Below are positions 1-11,736 of a stretch of 34,783 nucleotides of DNA, piece by piece (position 1 is the first letter of the stretch; each line of letters starts with the position of its first letter). This DNA comes from an uncultured delta proteobacterium (GTDB lineage: Bacteria; Desulfobacterota; Binatia; Bin18). The stretch spans positions 1 through 34,783 of the forward strand of contig CAVTCR010000036.1 of NCBI GenBank assembly GCA_963733195.1. The letters run 5' to 3'. Both the position numbers and the translations under genes were made by a program. Below the pieces are notes generated by a model. That model was not told the DNA's origin. It searched no databases and was given only the letters and a program-made list of their open reading frames with translations.

Positions 1-1510
1 GCCACTGCAGTAAAGATCGAGGGGTGACGCAACCTGGTGATCTGACAAGAGAAAACAACTCTGCTATAGCGCTCGATTAGGAGGAGCGCGCGATGGAAGC
101 AGAGTTTGCCCGCGAGGTGTTAAGCCGGTTACCGTTGGCGGAAGCGGTCTTGAGTTTATGGCGATGGGTGGCCGATCCGTTGTTTTTGCTGTCGGTGTTT
201 GCGCGGCATCGGGGGCAGGGGTACGAGAAAGAGATTAGCTTTGAGGTGTTGGTGCAGTTGATCGCCGATGCGTTGTTAGAGCATCAGGGCAGTGGGAAGA
301 AGAGTTTTGCGCGGGGCCGAGAACAGGGGCTGCTCACGGCCAGTGTGCAAGCGGTATACCAGAAGTTGGGCCGGATGCCGTTGGGGTTGAGTGAGGCGTG
401 GCTGGCGGAGAGTACGGCGCGGCTGCGGCCCGTGTATCCGGAGGCGGCCTGCCTGCCGGTGGCGCCCGCACTGCGGGACCTGGAGGTCATTATTGTGGAC
501 GGCAAGGCGATTAAGCGGGTGGCCAAGCGGCTCAAGCCCTTGCGCGGCCGCAAAGGGGGGGTGTTGGGGGGCAAGGCGTTGGTCGCGTTGGAGTTGCGCA
601 GTGGGGTGGTCGTGGCGATGGCGACGCACGCCGATGGCGAGACCAACGAGGCCAAGCTGGTGCCGGCGCTGTTACCCCAAGTGCGCGCGCAGGTGGCGGG
701 AAGGCGGCTGTGGGTGGCGGATCGGCAATTTTGTGATCTCACGCAGCCCGCGGCGTTTGCGCAGGCCGAGGATCATTTTCTGGTGCGCTATCATCCCAAG
801 ACCCCCTTCTGTGCGGAGGCCGCACCCCGCGCAGCGCGGCCAGGATGCCCAGGGGCGCGTGTGGGAGCAAGACTGGGGCTGGTTAGGGAGTGAGCAGGCC
901 AAGCACCGGCGCTTCGTCCGCCGCCTGACGCTGTATCGGCCCGGGCGAGGAGACGATTATTCTGCTCACCGATTTGCTCGACGCCGCGCGGTTCCCGGCC
1001 ACGGATCTCCTGGACCTCTACCTCGCGCGCTGGAGTATCGAGCGGGTGTTCCAGCAAATCACCGAAGTCTTTCATCTCCAGACGCTCATTGGCACCACGC
1101 CGCAGGGCACGGTGTTTCAGTTCGCCTTTTGTGTGTTGCTCTACAATATGGTGCAAGTGGTCCGGGCGTATGTCGCGACGGCCCAAGCGCGTCCGGTGCC
1201 GACGATCTCCACGGAATTGCTCTTCGATGATGTCCATCGGCAACTGGTGGCGTTGACGGAACTGGTGCCCGCTGAGCGGGTCGAGCCGTTGTTCCCCGTG
1301 CTGCCGACGGAGGAGGCCCTGCGGGCGCAGCTACGCGGCTGTTGGCCACGATCTGGACGACCCGGTGGCTCAAGCACCCCACCAAGAAGCGCACAGCCCC
1401 GGCTCCCCGCACGCCGATTCGGGGGAATCACACCTCGGTCTTTCGACTCGTCGCAGCGTATCACAAACAAAGAGTGAAATCTCTCTCACAATGATCTTTA
1501 CTGCAGTGGC
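1..1510 (+). mobile_element. IS4-family-like insertion sequence with 18-bp perfect terminal inverted repeats
   Basis: GCCACTGCAGTAAAGATC (1-18) and its exact reverse complement GATCTTTACTGCAGTGGC (1493-1510) flank a DDE transposase. The left flank is outside the window, so no target-site duplication can be checked. Confidence 0.9.
93..1494 (+). CDS. IS4-family DDE transposase (frameshifted in this sequence)
   Basis: RBS AGGAGGAG before ATG 93. Motifs IIVDGK, WVADRQFC and Y-LA-R-WSI-E-RVF (YREK-like) are split over ORFs 93-893 and 974-1477. The last frame (..RGNHTSVFRLVAAYHKQRVKSLSQ*) stops at 1492-1494, at the right inverted repeat. Confidence 0.85.
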
Positions 1511-2107
1511 CTCGCGGCTGATGCTGGCGGCGGTGAGGGGTGGCGATACCAAGTTCAAGAGCGTGCACGATCACCAGAAGGCGCTGGATTCGCTCAATCG
1601 CGAGATGCGCAGTTTCACGGCCACCACCTTTCAGACCGAGTTGACACCTCAGCAGACCGAATTGGTGGCCAGCTTGATCGAGGAGGAAGACTTCAGCTCC
1701 AGCCTGGGCGAAACGCTGTACCAGATCGCCCGGCGGGTCGAGCGCCATCCCTTTACCCCTGAGGGGCTGGAGATCATGAAGGCGATCCTGGCCGTGGTGG
1801 ACCGCGGCCTTGCCGCCCATCTCGCGGGCGACGCCGTCGCACCGGTCAAGATCCAGGGCTCCGGTGGACATTGAGCCGATGAAAGCCCTCGGGGAGCTGC
1901 GCCAGCGCTGTCTGGGTGGCCAGCGAGTTGCCTGGCGAAGATTGCGGTGCCTTGATCGCACTCCTGGGCAGCGCCGAGCGTGCCTTGTACCTGGCCAAGC
2001 GCATCGAGGTCGAACGGCGCTCGGTGTCGCGCGAGCTGCTGCCGGAGCCGGAGCCCGTGCTTGATCACAGCCTGGTCTCAGGCAGCTTGTTACCAAAGCA
2101 GGCGTGA
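1511..2107 (+). pseudogene. 3' remnant of a probable Na/Pi cotransporter (PhoU-like C-terminal region), cut by the IS
   Basis: Starts mid-protein directly after the right inverted repeat: ..LNREMRSF..LVASLIEEEDFSSSLGETLYQIARR.. then, after frameshifts, ..LIALLGSAERALYLAKRIEVERRSV... This resembles C-termini of Na/Pi cotransporter-family proteins as I recall them, and it sits immediately upstream of pstS. Confidence 0.6.
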
Positions 2108-2108
2108 T

Positions 2109-3226
2109 ATGAACCGCATTCACATTACTACGCGGCTTTCTCGTGGTACTCATCGCGCTGGGTGGGTGCGCTCACCGTGGTGGCTCCGCTAGAGTTGCAG
2201 GCCCAAACTGTTGATGAGTGGGGCTCATCCCACGCTCACGGGCGCTGGTTCCACCTTCGTCTCACCCCTTGATGTCAGCGTGGGCGCGCGACTATCGCGT
2301 CCATCTCACCAGCGGCGGCGTAGCGAGGGTGACGGCTGAGACTGGACTGGATTGAGGAGATCGGCTTGGTTGCGCTCGACTACGAGGCCGTTGGCTCCCA
2401 GGCTGGCCTCCAGCGTATAAAGGCGCGCGCGGTCGACTTCGCCGTCTCCCAGATGCCACTGCCGGCGGCCGACCTGCGCAGCAACGGCCTGTTACAGGTG
2501 CCGCTGGTAGCCGGTGCGGCGTGGCTTCGTGGGTTTGTAAACATTGAAGGCCAAGCCACGGCTGGGCTCCGGCTGAGCCCAGGCCTGCTGGCCAGCATCT
2601 TTCTCGGCCGCGTCAAAACCTGGGCGGACCCCGCCATCGCCCAGCTCAACCCCGAGCTCAGGCTCCCCGCGGCACCGATCGCCGTGGTGCACCGCGCTGA
2701 TGGCTCGGGCACCACCTACACCTTCACCGCCTTCCTCGCACAAGCCAGTGCTGACTGGAAAAGTCAGATTGGCAGTGATCTGCTCGTCAACTGGCCCGTG
2801 GGCGAGGGCTACAAGGGCAGCTCCGGTGTGGTACGTGCGCTCCTCAAGGCACCCCCAATGCGATCGGGTATCTGGACTTGGTGCAGGCGCTCGCCGCCAA
2901 GCTCCAGGTCGCTAGTGTGCAAAACGCCAGTGGGCGCTTTGTCGCACCGAGCAGTGCTTCAATACAGGCCGCAGTGGCCTCTGCAAGCTGGGACCCAGCC
3001 ACGCAGTTCAATACCTCGCTGGTGAACATGGCCGGCGAAGGCAGCTATCCCATCGGGGCGGTGGTCTTCGGCCTGGCCACCGCCGGCTCCGCCCAACGCG
3101 CGCGCGCAGACAGCGCGTGCCTTCCTCGAGTGGTCGGTCACGAGCGGTCGCGCGATAGCCGAGCAACTCGGCTACGTAGCCCTGCCGTCGTCGGTGGTGG
3201 AAAAGGTACAGGCTGTTCTGCGCTAG
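2109..3226 (+). CDS. pstS: Phosphate-binding protein PstS (several frameshifts)
   Basis: LTGAGSTF near 2236, YEAVGSQAG, VDFAVS, VVHRADGSGTTYTFT, GEGYKGSSGV, SYPI and terminal LGYVALP..VQAVLR* (TAG 3224-3226). ATG 2109 follows the upstream stop. Confidence 0.85.
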
Positions 3227-3326
3227 GGCACTTTGCACGTGAAGGGGCTCATCTCGGGGACCCTGTTGTGTAAATGGACAAAACTCTCGCTCGTCCATTT
3301 ATCTCCCATCACAAGAGGATGCTCAC

Positions 3327-4080
3327 ATGGAGTGGATCGTTGACTCGCAAGCCTTGATCGGCCTGGTCACGTTGACCTTTCTGGAAATCGTGCTCGGCAT
3401 CGACAATATCATCTTTATTTCGATTCTCGCTGGCAAATTGCCCAAGGAGCGGCAGGACCGGGCCAGACGGATAGGATTGGCCCTGGCGATGATTATGCGC
3501 ATTCTGCTGCTGCTGTCGTTGAGCTGGATCGCCCGCTTAACCGAGCCACTGTTTACGGTATTTCACGTTGACAATTTCGGGGCGCGCGTTGATTTTGCTG
3601 GGCGGCGGCATGTTTTTATTGGCCAAGAGCACGTATGAGATTGATGAAAAACTGGAAGGCGAGACCGCCCACGCCTCAGCTACAGGCAAAGCCTCATTTA
3701 CCAGTGTCATCACGCAAATCATCCTGCTCGATATCGTTTTTTCGCTCGATTCGGTCATCACTGCGGTTGGGATGGCCAACCAACTGTGGGTCATGGTGAC
3801 GGCCGTGATCATCTCCGTCGTGATTATGTTGTGGGCCTCCGGCCCCATCAGTGCCTTTGTCAACCGCCATCCGACCGTCAAGATGCTGGCTTTGAGCTTT
3901 CTCTTGCTGATTGGCTTTTCGCTGATGGCAGAGGGGTTAGAACTGCACATCCCGAAAGGCTACATCTACTTCGCGATGGCATTCACCGTTTTCGTAGAGA
4001 TGCTGAATCTGCGGCTGCGAGCGAAGGCCGAGCCGGTGCACCTGCGCGAGCCGTACGCAGCTTTGTCAAACAAAGAGTGA
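3327..4080 (+). CDS. TerC-family integral membrane protein (one frameshift near 3570)
   Basis: [52 protein letters not shown] and [12 protein letters not shown] are typical TerC motifs. ORFs 3327-3638 and 3568-4080 join into one gene. Confidence 0.9.
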
Positions 4081-4126
4081 GGCAAGCAAAAACGCTGAGA
4101 GGCTGTCTGAGAAGCCAAGAGGTCAA

Positions 4127-4202
4127 GTCATTGCGAGCGGAGCGAAGCAATCTTTGCCCGAAACAGAGACTGCTTCGTCGTTGAAGCCTGTCCTAAGCGG
4201 AG
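4127..4202. repeat. Truncated REP-like palindromic element
   Basis: GTCATTGCGAGCGGAGCGAAGCAATCT (4127-4153) pairs via CGAAGCAATCT with AGACTGCTTCG (4167-4177), followed by a GCCTGTCCTAAG module. The right arm is incomplete. Confidence 0.6.
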
Positions 4203-4235
4203 AGAAAAAGGCGGAGCGCCGGCTCGGCGCTCCGC
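4203..4235 (-). terminator. Rho-independent terminator of the phytase-like phosphatase gene
   Basis: Perfect 11-bp stem GCGGAGCGCCG/CGGCGCTCCGC (4211-4235) followed on the minus strand by CTTTTTCT, just downstream of the stop at 4244. Confidence 0.8.
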
Positions 4236-4243
4236 GGGTTCAT

Positions 4244-6596
4244 TTACTGAAACAATCGCTGGAAGCGGCCAAGATCAAGGAACCAGGTCTCGCCGGACCA
4301 GTCTTCGACGCCGTCGTTGTCGGTGACAACGAAGGTGCGGCCGTTACCGGTAATCGCAACGCCTTCCGGCTTGTCGGTGATCCAGCCGTTGGTCGCCTTG
4401 AGATCGGGTATCATGTCGTACACAGACTTCTCGCTGTTGCTGATCAGATCGTCGGCAGCCGCATTGTGGCTGGACCTTGACCAGCGTCTTCAGCCCGGCG
4501 AAATCACCGGTAAGGTTATCGCGTTCGAGCACGACATACGAACCATCCGGCGCGCGGGTGATCTCGGACAGGCCGACCCAGGAAGCATTGGCCGGCAGCG
4601 GCGCCAGTTCCCAGGCGACATGATCCCAAGGCTTGGCTACCGGATCGTAGATCCAGATGCGGGTCTGGTTCGGCTCGCCATTCGCGTTCAGGCCGCCGGC
4701 ATCGTCGTCCAGGTCTTCGCATTCCGGCGTGGTATAGTCCCAGCCACGTTGCTGTGCGACGAGCAACTTGTAGCTACCGCCGTTACCAGGCAGTACCGCC
4801 ACGCCCTCGAAGCCCGAGCCCAGCGTGCCTCTGGCAGTGGAAGCAGCGCGGCAGTCGAGAATCTCTGCTGGGAGGCCAACTTCCTTAATGACATTGCCGG
4901 TGAGATCGACCTGCAGCAGCCGATTCGGCCGCGAATCGCTGGCGTTGCCTTCGCTGGCAATCCACAAGGTGCGGTCCGGCGCAATGGCGATGCCTTCCGG
5001 ATCATAGTTGCCGGTACCGCCACGGATGGTCAGCGACTCGGTGATCACTGCCGGTTTCGCTGAGACATCGATGCGGAAGATGTTGCTTTGACTGTAGTAC
5101 GAATCCCATACCGCCAGTAGGGTGTCAGGCTGGCCCGGAACGGCGACCATGCCGGACAGCGCCGACCACGGGATCGGCGAGCCGTTGCTGTCATCTGAGA
5201 CGATCTGCGGGTAGGTCGGCTGACCAGGCTTGAGCTGATAGATCATGATGGTGGAACGCACACCGAAACTCGGGTCATCTTCCTCGCCGGAGGCAATCAG
5301 TAGATTGCGCGAGGGAATAGCGAGCAGTCCTTCCGGGCCCAGCGGACCGGGCAGCAGTTGCTTGAACTTCGGCCGGGCGCCGTTGACCTCGTACACTGCG
5401 ATGAAGCTGCCGCGCTCGGAGCCGACAAAGAGATAATCGTCGTTGCCGAAACTGGCGAATTCAATCGCTTCCGGCTCTGTGCCTTTATTTTCGGAACGGG
5501 CTTCCGGGTAGTGGCCGTGCTGCACGGCGATCTCTTCGAGTGAAGCGCCGCTATCGAACAACACGTTGCCATTACGGTTGAACAGCGAGAACCCGCGGCT
5601 GCCGCCGAACAGGTCACCCTCGTTCGCCGTGGCGATAAAATACGCACCGTGGCGGCCATTGCGCAGCCAGGCGACGGCGTCCGGTTCACGTGACACGTTG
5701 GTTAGGGTTTCGGTCAGGGAAATGATTCCGTCCTCGGTTTTATCGATGCCATTGAGCGTGACTGAGCCGGCATTGAAATGTTCGATCACGGCGCCCGTGC
5801 CGAGATTGACGATGGCAATGTGGTTGTTCTCCTGCAGCGTCACCACGGCCTCGTTGTGCTCATTAATATCGACAAACTCCGGTTCCGGATCGTTGCTGCC
5901 ATAGCTGGCAAGACCGGTGCAGGGTGACATCGCGTCCGGCACCCAGGTCGCCGGATTCGTGCGCGATGATGTCGATGATGACAAGGTAACCCGGCAGGCA
6001 GCTGCGGCAGGCCGCCTTCCACGCCATCGACCTCGAACTCTTCATCGCGCTCGTTCTCAATGGCAATGGCGGCGTACTTGCCGTCCGGGCTGATCTTGAC
6101 GGAGTCTGGCTGACCGCCGAGATCAATGCTGCGCACGATCGCCCGCAGTAGTGATATCGACCACGACTAGCTTGCCGCTGGTATTGATGAAGTTGGTGCT
6201 GGTATTGACGGCAACCAGCGCGTATTTATTGCCGAGCACGTCGACCGAGGTCGGTTCGCCATCCAGCGCAAGGACCCCAGTCGGCATCGGCTTAGCTGGA
6301 TTGGTGATGTCGACAAAGCCGATTTGCTCGCCTGGGCTGTCAGTATAGACCAGCGTCTTGCCGTCACGTGTCGCAGCGATGATTTCTGATACTGTCGTCT
6401 TGCCGATATTGGCAGCGCCGTTATTCGGTAGTTGGCCAATGTCGACACCCGCTGGAAGCTCGCCTTGTTATCGTGCTGTGCGCAAATCATTAGACGACTT
6501 CCGATAATCACCAAGCCCAAAGGCGATCTGGGCAGTAGCGGCAGCGCTCGCAATCAACAGAGTTGTCAAGAACATTCCGGTGTTTTTCTTCTGCAT
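4244..6596 (-). CDS. Secreted alkaline phosphatase-like protein with C-terminal 'esterase-like activity of phytase' domain (frameshifted)
   Basis: RBS AGGAGA and ATG 6596 (MQKKNTGMFLTTLLIASAAA, signal-like). Motifs GQPDSVKISPDGKYAAIAIENERDE, VVTLQENNHIA, TANEGD, RSENKGTEPE, DPEGIA..LWIASEG, GFEGVA and VGLSEI; ends ..DNDGVEDWSGETWFLDLGRFQRLFQ* (TAA at 4244). Confidence 0.8.
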
Positions 6597-6688
6597 AGGG
6601 TCTCCTCTCGATTTCAGATGTCTGATATCTCTCGGTAGTAGTCACAATTGGAGAGTATAAAAGAGTCTCATCTGTATGTTGCTTCGAT

Positions 6689-6716
6689 ATGACACTCGTA
6701 TGACATCACGGTTAAC
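6689..6716 (-). promoter_or_regulatory. Pho-box-like direct repeat upstream of the phytase-like phosphatase
   Basis: Minus strand TGTCAT-acgag-TGTCAT (plus-strand ATGACA at 6700 and 6689, 11-bp period), with a weaker in-phase unit near 6711. Confidence 0.7.
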
Positions 6717-6861
6717 CCTCTAGTGTGACTCGCTCCGGGTGACGAACAATACTGTTCTGCATTCGTTATGCACACGCGGTTATGAGTTCCTTCTCCGGTA
6801 GGGAGAGGGAAGGGCTACAAAGCCAACGGCTTAGGTTGGGAGGCGACACGAGAGGCCATCG

Positions 6862-6917
6862 CTGTCATCAACATTTCATCCGATACTCGTCAGCCGTTCA
6901 CACAGATAGCGTAAGGT
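6862..6917 (+). promoter_or_regulatory. Pho-box-like promoter of the glycerophosphodiester phosphodiesterase
   Basis: TGTCAT 6863, TTTCAT 6874 and GTTCAC 6896 lie on one 11-bp phase; 10 bp later is TAAGGT (6912-6917), a plausible -10. Confidence 0.65.
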
Positions 6918-7032
6918 CCCTCCCCGCACACAAGGAACAAGTCGTTCGTGTGACATTCCTATACGACCATTGGTCTGATATTCTTTTTGTAAAATATCAC
7001 ACTGAGAGTGTCTTTTTTGAAAAGAGGATTTT

Positions 7033-8379
7033 ATGCGTCAAGGTGTTGCATTGCTGAGTATCGCGGCTGTTCTCTGGGCATTTTCCTATCAGCCGAGCAT
7101 GGTGTCCGCCGGCGATGATAGTAGCAATAGAGGGAAAGGACAGAGAGGTAATCAAGGTGAGGACTCTGGCTGCGGAGAGGATTCGGGCAGGAACGGACAC
7201 GGCCAAAACGTGCAACTAGGGCCACGCCCCTTCTATCTCGTGGACAAAATGAGTCCCGGCCCGCTCAAGGGAACACTCCAACAGTGCAATGAAGACTCAT
7301 TCGACCAAACTGACTTTTCGATCGGTCACCGTGGGGGCGCACCTCTGCTGATTCCCGAGCACACCAAGGAAAGCCATGAAGCAGGCGCACGCATGGGCGC
7401 TGGTATTCTTGAGTGTGACGTAACCTTTACCAAGGATAAGGAACTGGTCTGCCGTCACGATCAGTGTGATTTGCATACGACGACCAACATTCTTGCTACT
7501 CCATTGGCAGGCAAGTGCACGATGCCATTCGTACCAGCGAACCCCGCCACTGGCACTCCCGCGCAAGTGCTCTGCTGTACGAGCGACCTTACGTTAGCGG
7601 AGTTCAAAACCTTGAAGGGAAAAATGGACGCGTTTAACCCTAGGGGAACTACCGTTGCCGAGTATATAGGCGGAACCGCGAACTGGCGCACGGATTTGTA
7701 TGCGACAGGGGGAACGCTGTTGAGCCACAAGGAAAGTATCCAGCTGATCAAGTCTCTCGGCGCCAAATTTACGCCCGAACTCAAAGGCCCCAACCGTAGC
7801 GCCAACCTGCAGGTCGAGAAGGTGTTTGGCACCCAGGAGGCATATGCGCAGAAGATGATCGACGAGTACAAAGCGGCCAACATCTCTCCCAGGAATGTCT
7901 TCGCCCAATCTTTCAACTATGCCGATGTTGTCTACTGGATCAAGAACGAGCCGAGTTTCGGCAAGCAAGCCGTGTTCCTCGATGATGCCAATGTCCCCAG
8001 CGAACTTCCGACCCTGGCTGACCTGCAAAAGTACAAAGCAGATGGTGTCAACATTTGGGCCCCACCCATGTGGGCGCTGTTGACGGTCAGCAACGGACAG
8101 ATCGTGCCTTCCCAGTACGCTCGGAACGCTAAGATCGCTCACCTCGATATTATCACCTGGACGCTGGAGCGCTCAGGCCGCATCGTCGAGGAAGTGTTGC
8201 CGACCAAGGGTACCGCGAGCCCGTCGTTCTACTACCAGACGACGCTGGACGCCCTGCACAACGATGGCGACATTCTGACAACACTAGACGTGTTAGCGCG
8301 GCAAGTCGGCATCCGCGGCATCTTCTCCGACTGGTCGGCGACGGTGTCGTACTACGCGAACTGTATGGGGTTGAAGTAG
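7033..8379 (+). CDS. glpQ: Secreted glycerophosphodiester phosphodiesterase (GDPD)
   Basis: Intact 448-aa ORF with signal peptide; [57 protein letters not shown]. Confidence 0.92.
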   Translation: MRQGVALLSIAAVLWAFSYQPSMVSAGDDSSNRGKGQRGNQGEDSGCGEDSGRNGHGQNVQLGPRPFYLVDKMSPGPLKGTLQQCNEDSFDQTDFSIGHRGGAPLLIPEHTKESHEAGARMGAGILECDVTFTKDKELVCRHDQCDLHTTTNILATPLAGKCTMPFVPANPATGTPAQVLCCTSDLTLAEFKTLKGKMDAFNPRGTTVAEYIGGTANWRTDLYATGGTLLSHKESIQLIKSLGAKFTPELKGPNRSANLQVEKVFGTQEAYAQKMIDEYKAANISPRNVFAQSFNYADVVYWIKNEPSFGKQAVFLDDANVPSELPTLADLQKYKADGVNIWAPPMWALLTVSNGQIVPSQYARNAKIAHLDIITWTLERSGRIVEEVLPTKGTASPSFYYQTTLDALHNDGDILTTLDVLARQVGIRGIFSDWSATVSYYANCMGLK

Positions 8380-8400
8380 TCGACTAGCTTACGATACGGC

Positions 8401-8427
8401 GCGGGCGTTGTCATCACCAACGCCCGC
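8401..8427. terminator. Stem-loop between convergent glpQ and gnd
   Basis: GCGGGCGTTG/CAACGCCCGC 10-bp stem 21 nt after the glpQ stop; no U-tract. Confidence 0.45.
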
Positions 8428-8524
8428 TCGTCCATCAGGACCACCTGCGGTTCAGCCACGGCCTATCCTGTCCAGAAAGAAAACAAAAAGTGTACTGTGA
8501 TAGGATGCTCCTACAACCGTCTCA

Positions 8525-9544
8525 TCACTCATCGTGCGAACGTTCGGCATGGCCTCCGAACTCGAACCGCATCGCCGAGAGTATTTTCTCGGCAAAGTCG
8601 TCCTCGCCACGTGAGCTGAAGCGCTGATACAGCGCGGCACTGAGCACAGGAGCAGGGCAGCCTTCTTCAATCGCAGCAGTGATTGTCCAGCGCCCCTCAC
8701 CTGAATCCGAGACACGCCCCGAGAAATTTGCCAAGTCTGGATTCTTGCTTAGAGCGAGAGCAGTTAAATCCAACAGCCACGAAGCCACAACACTGCCGCG
8801 CCGCCACACTTCAGCGATATCTGGAAGATTCAAGTCGTACTGATAATGCTCTGGGTTGCGTAACGGTGTTGTTTCGGCATCCGCTTTGCGGTTCTGCTTC
8901 CCTACATTGGCATGCCGTAAGATATTGAATCCTTCGGCGTAGGCCGCCATCAGGCCATACTCGATGCCGTTGTGCACCATTTTGACGAAATGCCCAGCCC
9001 CAGACGGCCCACAGTGCAGATAACCCTCCTCCGCTGTCTTACGAACATTTGCATGCCCAGGAGTGCGAGAGGTTGCATTCTCACCCGGGGCCAACGTCTT
9101 AAAAATGGGATCGAGTTGTTGAACTGCCTGTTCGGGTCCGCCAATCATGAGACAGTAACCGCGCTCCAGGCCCCAGATGCCACCGCTGGTGCCAACGTCG
9201 AGATAGTGAATGCCCTCGACTTTGAGATCTTCAGCCCGCCGGATATCGTCGATGTAATATGAATTCCCGCCGTCGATCACAATGTCATCGTGCTGGAGAC
9301 GAGGAGCAAGATCGTCAAGCGTCTGGTCGACCACTGCTGCTGGCACCATCACCCAAACCGCCCGTGGTGGAGTCAACCGCTCGATAAGCTCACCTATGGA
9401 CGATGTTCCTACAGCCCCTTCATGAACGAGCGTCTGCACGGTTGTCGGATTCATGTCAAAGACGACGCATTGATGGCCGCCGCGTAAGAGCCGGCGCACC
9501 ATGTTTGCCCCCATTCTGCCAAGCCCAATCATACCCAGTTGCAT
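8525..9544 (-). CDS. gnd: 6-phosphogluconate dehydrogenase, decarboxylating (short form)
   Basis: [55 protein letters not shown]; RBS AAAGGA. Confidence 0.95.
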   Translation of the reverse strand: MQLGMIGLGRMGANMVRRLLRGGHQCVVFDMNPTTVQTLVHEGAVGTSSIGELIERLTPPRAVWVMVPAAVVDQTLDDLAPRLQHDDIVIDGGNSYYIDDIRRAEDLKVEGIHYLDVGTSGGIWGLERGYCLMIGGPEQAVQQLDPIFKTLAPGENATSRTPGHANVRKTAEEGYLHCGPSGAGHFVKMVHNGIEYGLMAAYAEGFNILRHANVGKQNRKADAETTPLRNPEHYQYDLNLPDIAEVWRRGSVVASWLLDLTALALSKNPDLANFSGRVSDSGEGRWTITAAIEEGCPAPVLSAALYQRFSSRGEDDFAEKILSAMRFEFGGHAERSHDE

Positions 9545-9562
9545 AGTGAGATATCCTTTCTG

Positions 9563-9690
9563 TCACTGTTCTTCTGAATTTTGCCTCTTTCGTTGCAAAC
9601 AAAGAGTGTCTTCAGGAAAAAGCAAAGCACGCGTGTGGCGAGCAATCACGAGGTCCTCCTTGGTCGCAATGACACGCACGGTACAAGGAC
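9563..9690 (-). pseudogene. ackA: Acetate kinase C-terminal remnant
   Basis: Minus strand reads PCTVRVIATKEDLVIARHTRALLFP..EQ*, matching the AckA terminal motif V.VIPTxEELxIA. It lies between xfp and gnd; the rest of the gene is absent. Confidence 0.65.
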
Positions 9691-9703
9691 GAGGTTGTTT
9701 TCC

Positions 9704-9930
9704 TTACATGTCGGTCCACTGCCAGTTGCGAATCTCCAGTAAATCCCCACCGTATGTAGTGATGTCCTCTTCGTGCTCAACCAGCTTATCACGAATGAGC
9801 TGATTGACTTCCTCTGCACGAGCGCCACGGAGAGGAACACAGTCGACCACATTCATGACCAGGGAGCGTGTAATTCGTTGTTGGTCAGCGTAACTACCAT
9901 AGCGGTGGTATTCCTTCCTTACAAGAATGA
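9704..9930 (-). pseudogene. xfp: Phosphoketolase C-terminal remnant
   Basis: LVMNVVDCVP..VNQLIRDKLVEHEEDITTYGGDLLEIRNWQW matches the Xfp C-terminus (..DKLIEH..YI..YG.D.PEIRNW.W); degraded upstream. Confidence 0.75.
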
Positions 9931-10017
9931 CAAGCGAGCGCAAGACTGGCGAGGTTCACATTAGGTGAGTAATTTCCCGCCCCGAGAAGAAAGTACAGAG
10001 GTGCCGGTGCCCCATTC

Positions 10018-10244
10018 ATTAAGATCAAAACCGGCACTGGCGCATTCGGGCTTTAATGCCGCGAAAGAAGCATTCGAAGATCTGCTCAAGGCGGGGATTA
10101 TTGATCCGACCAAAGTGGTGCGGACCGCGTTATAGAATGCCGCATCGGTGTCGAGCTTATTACTCACGAGTGAGGCCATGATCGCCGAGAAACCGGAAGA
10201 AAAGAAACCTGCTGCCCCAGCTCCCTATCCCGAGGAACTTCTAG
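10018..10244 (+). pseudogene. groEL: GroEL C-terminal remnant
   Basis: [51 protein letters not shown], with an in-frame TAG at 10133-10135 where Q is expected. The 5' part of the gene is missing. Confidence 0.88.
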
Positions 10245-10401
10245 GAAAACGCCAACCTGACCTCTTCACTACGAAAAGAACTCGTAGTGAGAAGGTTGCA
10301 CAGCAACAATTCTCACTTTGAAGAGACACAAAGGCACGGACGACATGTTAAAAGAGTAAGACTTGCGTAGACTGCTAGAAGTGGGGTAAGAGAGCGCGCA
10401 G

Positions 10402-11695
10402 ATGGAACGCACGCCGCCAATTCCGGTCGAGTTATGGGAGCGGATTCCGCTCCATGTGCAAGCCGTGTTGTGGGAGGTGTTTGATCGCTATGAAGCGCGA
10501 ATTGCCAAGCTCGAAGCCGAAGTGGCGGAGCTGAAAGCGCAGCGCAACCAGAATTCCCGGAACTCTTCCAAACCGCCGTCCAGTGATGGGCCGTACGTGA
10601 AGCGCAAACCACCGCGTCCGTGCTCAGGCCAGAAAAGGGGTGGCCAAACAGGACATAAAGAGCATCACCGCACGTTAGTGCCGGTGGAGAAGGTTAATGA
10701 AGTGATTGTCTGTAGGCAGACGCACTGTCGGCGGTGCGGACAAGAGTTGCAGGGCAGTGATCTGCACCCTCATCGGCATCAAGTGGTGGAACTGCCGCCG
10801 ACCGATTCCCCATGTGACGGAATACCAACAACAGCGGTTGTCTTGCGCCACTGCGGCATCACCACCTGTGGAGCATTACCGCACGGGAGTTCCCACGACG
10901 GGCTATGGGCCGCGTTTCACCAGTATCGTGGCGGTATGTAGTGGGGCGTACCGCATGAGTAAGCGCATGATCGCTAATTGCAGTCGCGAAGTGTGGGGGA
11001 TTCCGCTCTCCCATGGCGAAGTCTGTGCGTTAAAACAAGTCGTGAAACGAGAAGTGAAAGAGAAAGTGGATAACGTAAGAGATGTAGGTTCAGAGGAGTG
11101 ATATCAACGTGGATGAGACAAGGTGGAGGGAACAGAATCGGCGAGGGCAGTTATACGAAATAGCAACGCCGCAGTCGGTGTGTATGCGATTCGCCGCTCG
11201 CGCGGCGATGAAGTGCTCCACGAGTTGTTAGGGAAGGACTATGGTAGGACCATAGGCAGTGATAGAGAGAAAGCCTATGACTGCTATCAAAAACGGGAAC
11301 ATCAGATGTGCTGGTAGCAATAGAGTAGAGATGAAAAGGAAATGATAGATAGAGGAGGGAAAGGGAGCAAAGTGGGAGAACAATTACTGGAACATGAGAA
11401 CGTACTGATGTGTGGCGACGGTGGTTGCGCGAAGGGAAATGGAGTGACGGCAATGGCAACAACAGATGAGTGGCTCCGGCTGTCTCTTCACCAACGGCTC
11501 ACTGAAAAACGATGCTGTGCCGAGTTCACCGATACACCTGTTCAAGAGAAGAGCGAAAAAGAGAACGCCATTGAACCTCGTCGAATGCGCGGAATCACCG
11601 AGACTGATCATGCCACTGAGCGAACGCTGCGGCATCCCGTGCAGTGGCGCAAGACCAGTTATGGCACGGCGAGTGAGCGCGGCAGCGTCGGTGGT
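10402..11695 (+). mobile_element. Decayed IS66-family transposase (single-ORF type)
   Basis: Coiled coil + NSRNSSKPPSSDGP, KRGGQTGH, CRRCG..HQVVELP zinc-finger region, INVDET, IGSDR..Y, and ERTLRHPVQWRKTSYGT. Many frameshifts and stops; no terminal repeats identified. Confidence 0.85.
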
Positions 11696-11712
11696 GGGCT
11701 TGATTCATACTA

Positions 11713-11736
11713 ATATTTCTATTATTTTAGAAATAT
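11713..11736 (+). promoter_or_regulatory. Probable ArsR operator overlapping the arsR start codon
   Basis: Perfect inverted repeat ATATTTCTA-N6-TAGAAATAT whose last bases are the AT of ATG 11735. Confidence 0.7.

Noticed and set aside
93-1494. Programmed frameshifting in the IS4 transposase
   Set aside because: There are several shifts with no slippery motif, matching the indel pattern of neighbouring genes.
4317-5063. 248-aa plus-strand ORF and similar long antisense ORFs (for example 31963-32646, 21339-21857)
   Set aside because: They are shadow frames opposite well-supported genes in GC-rich DNA and have no recognisable motifs.
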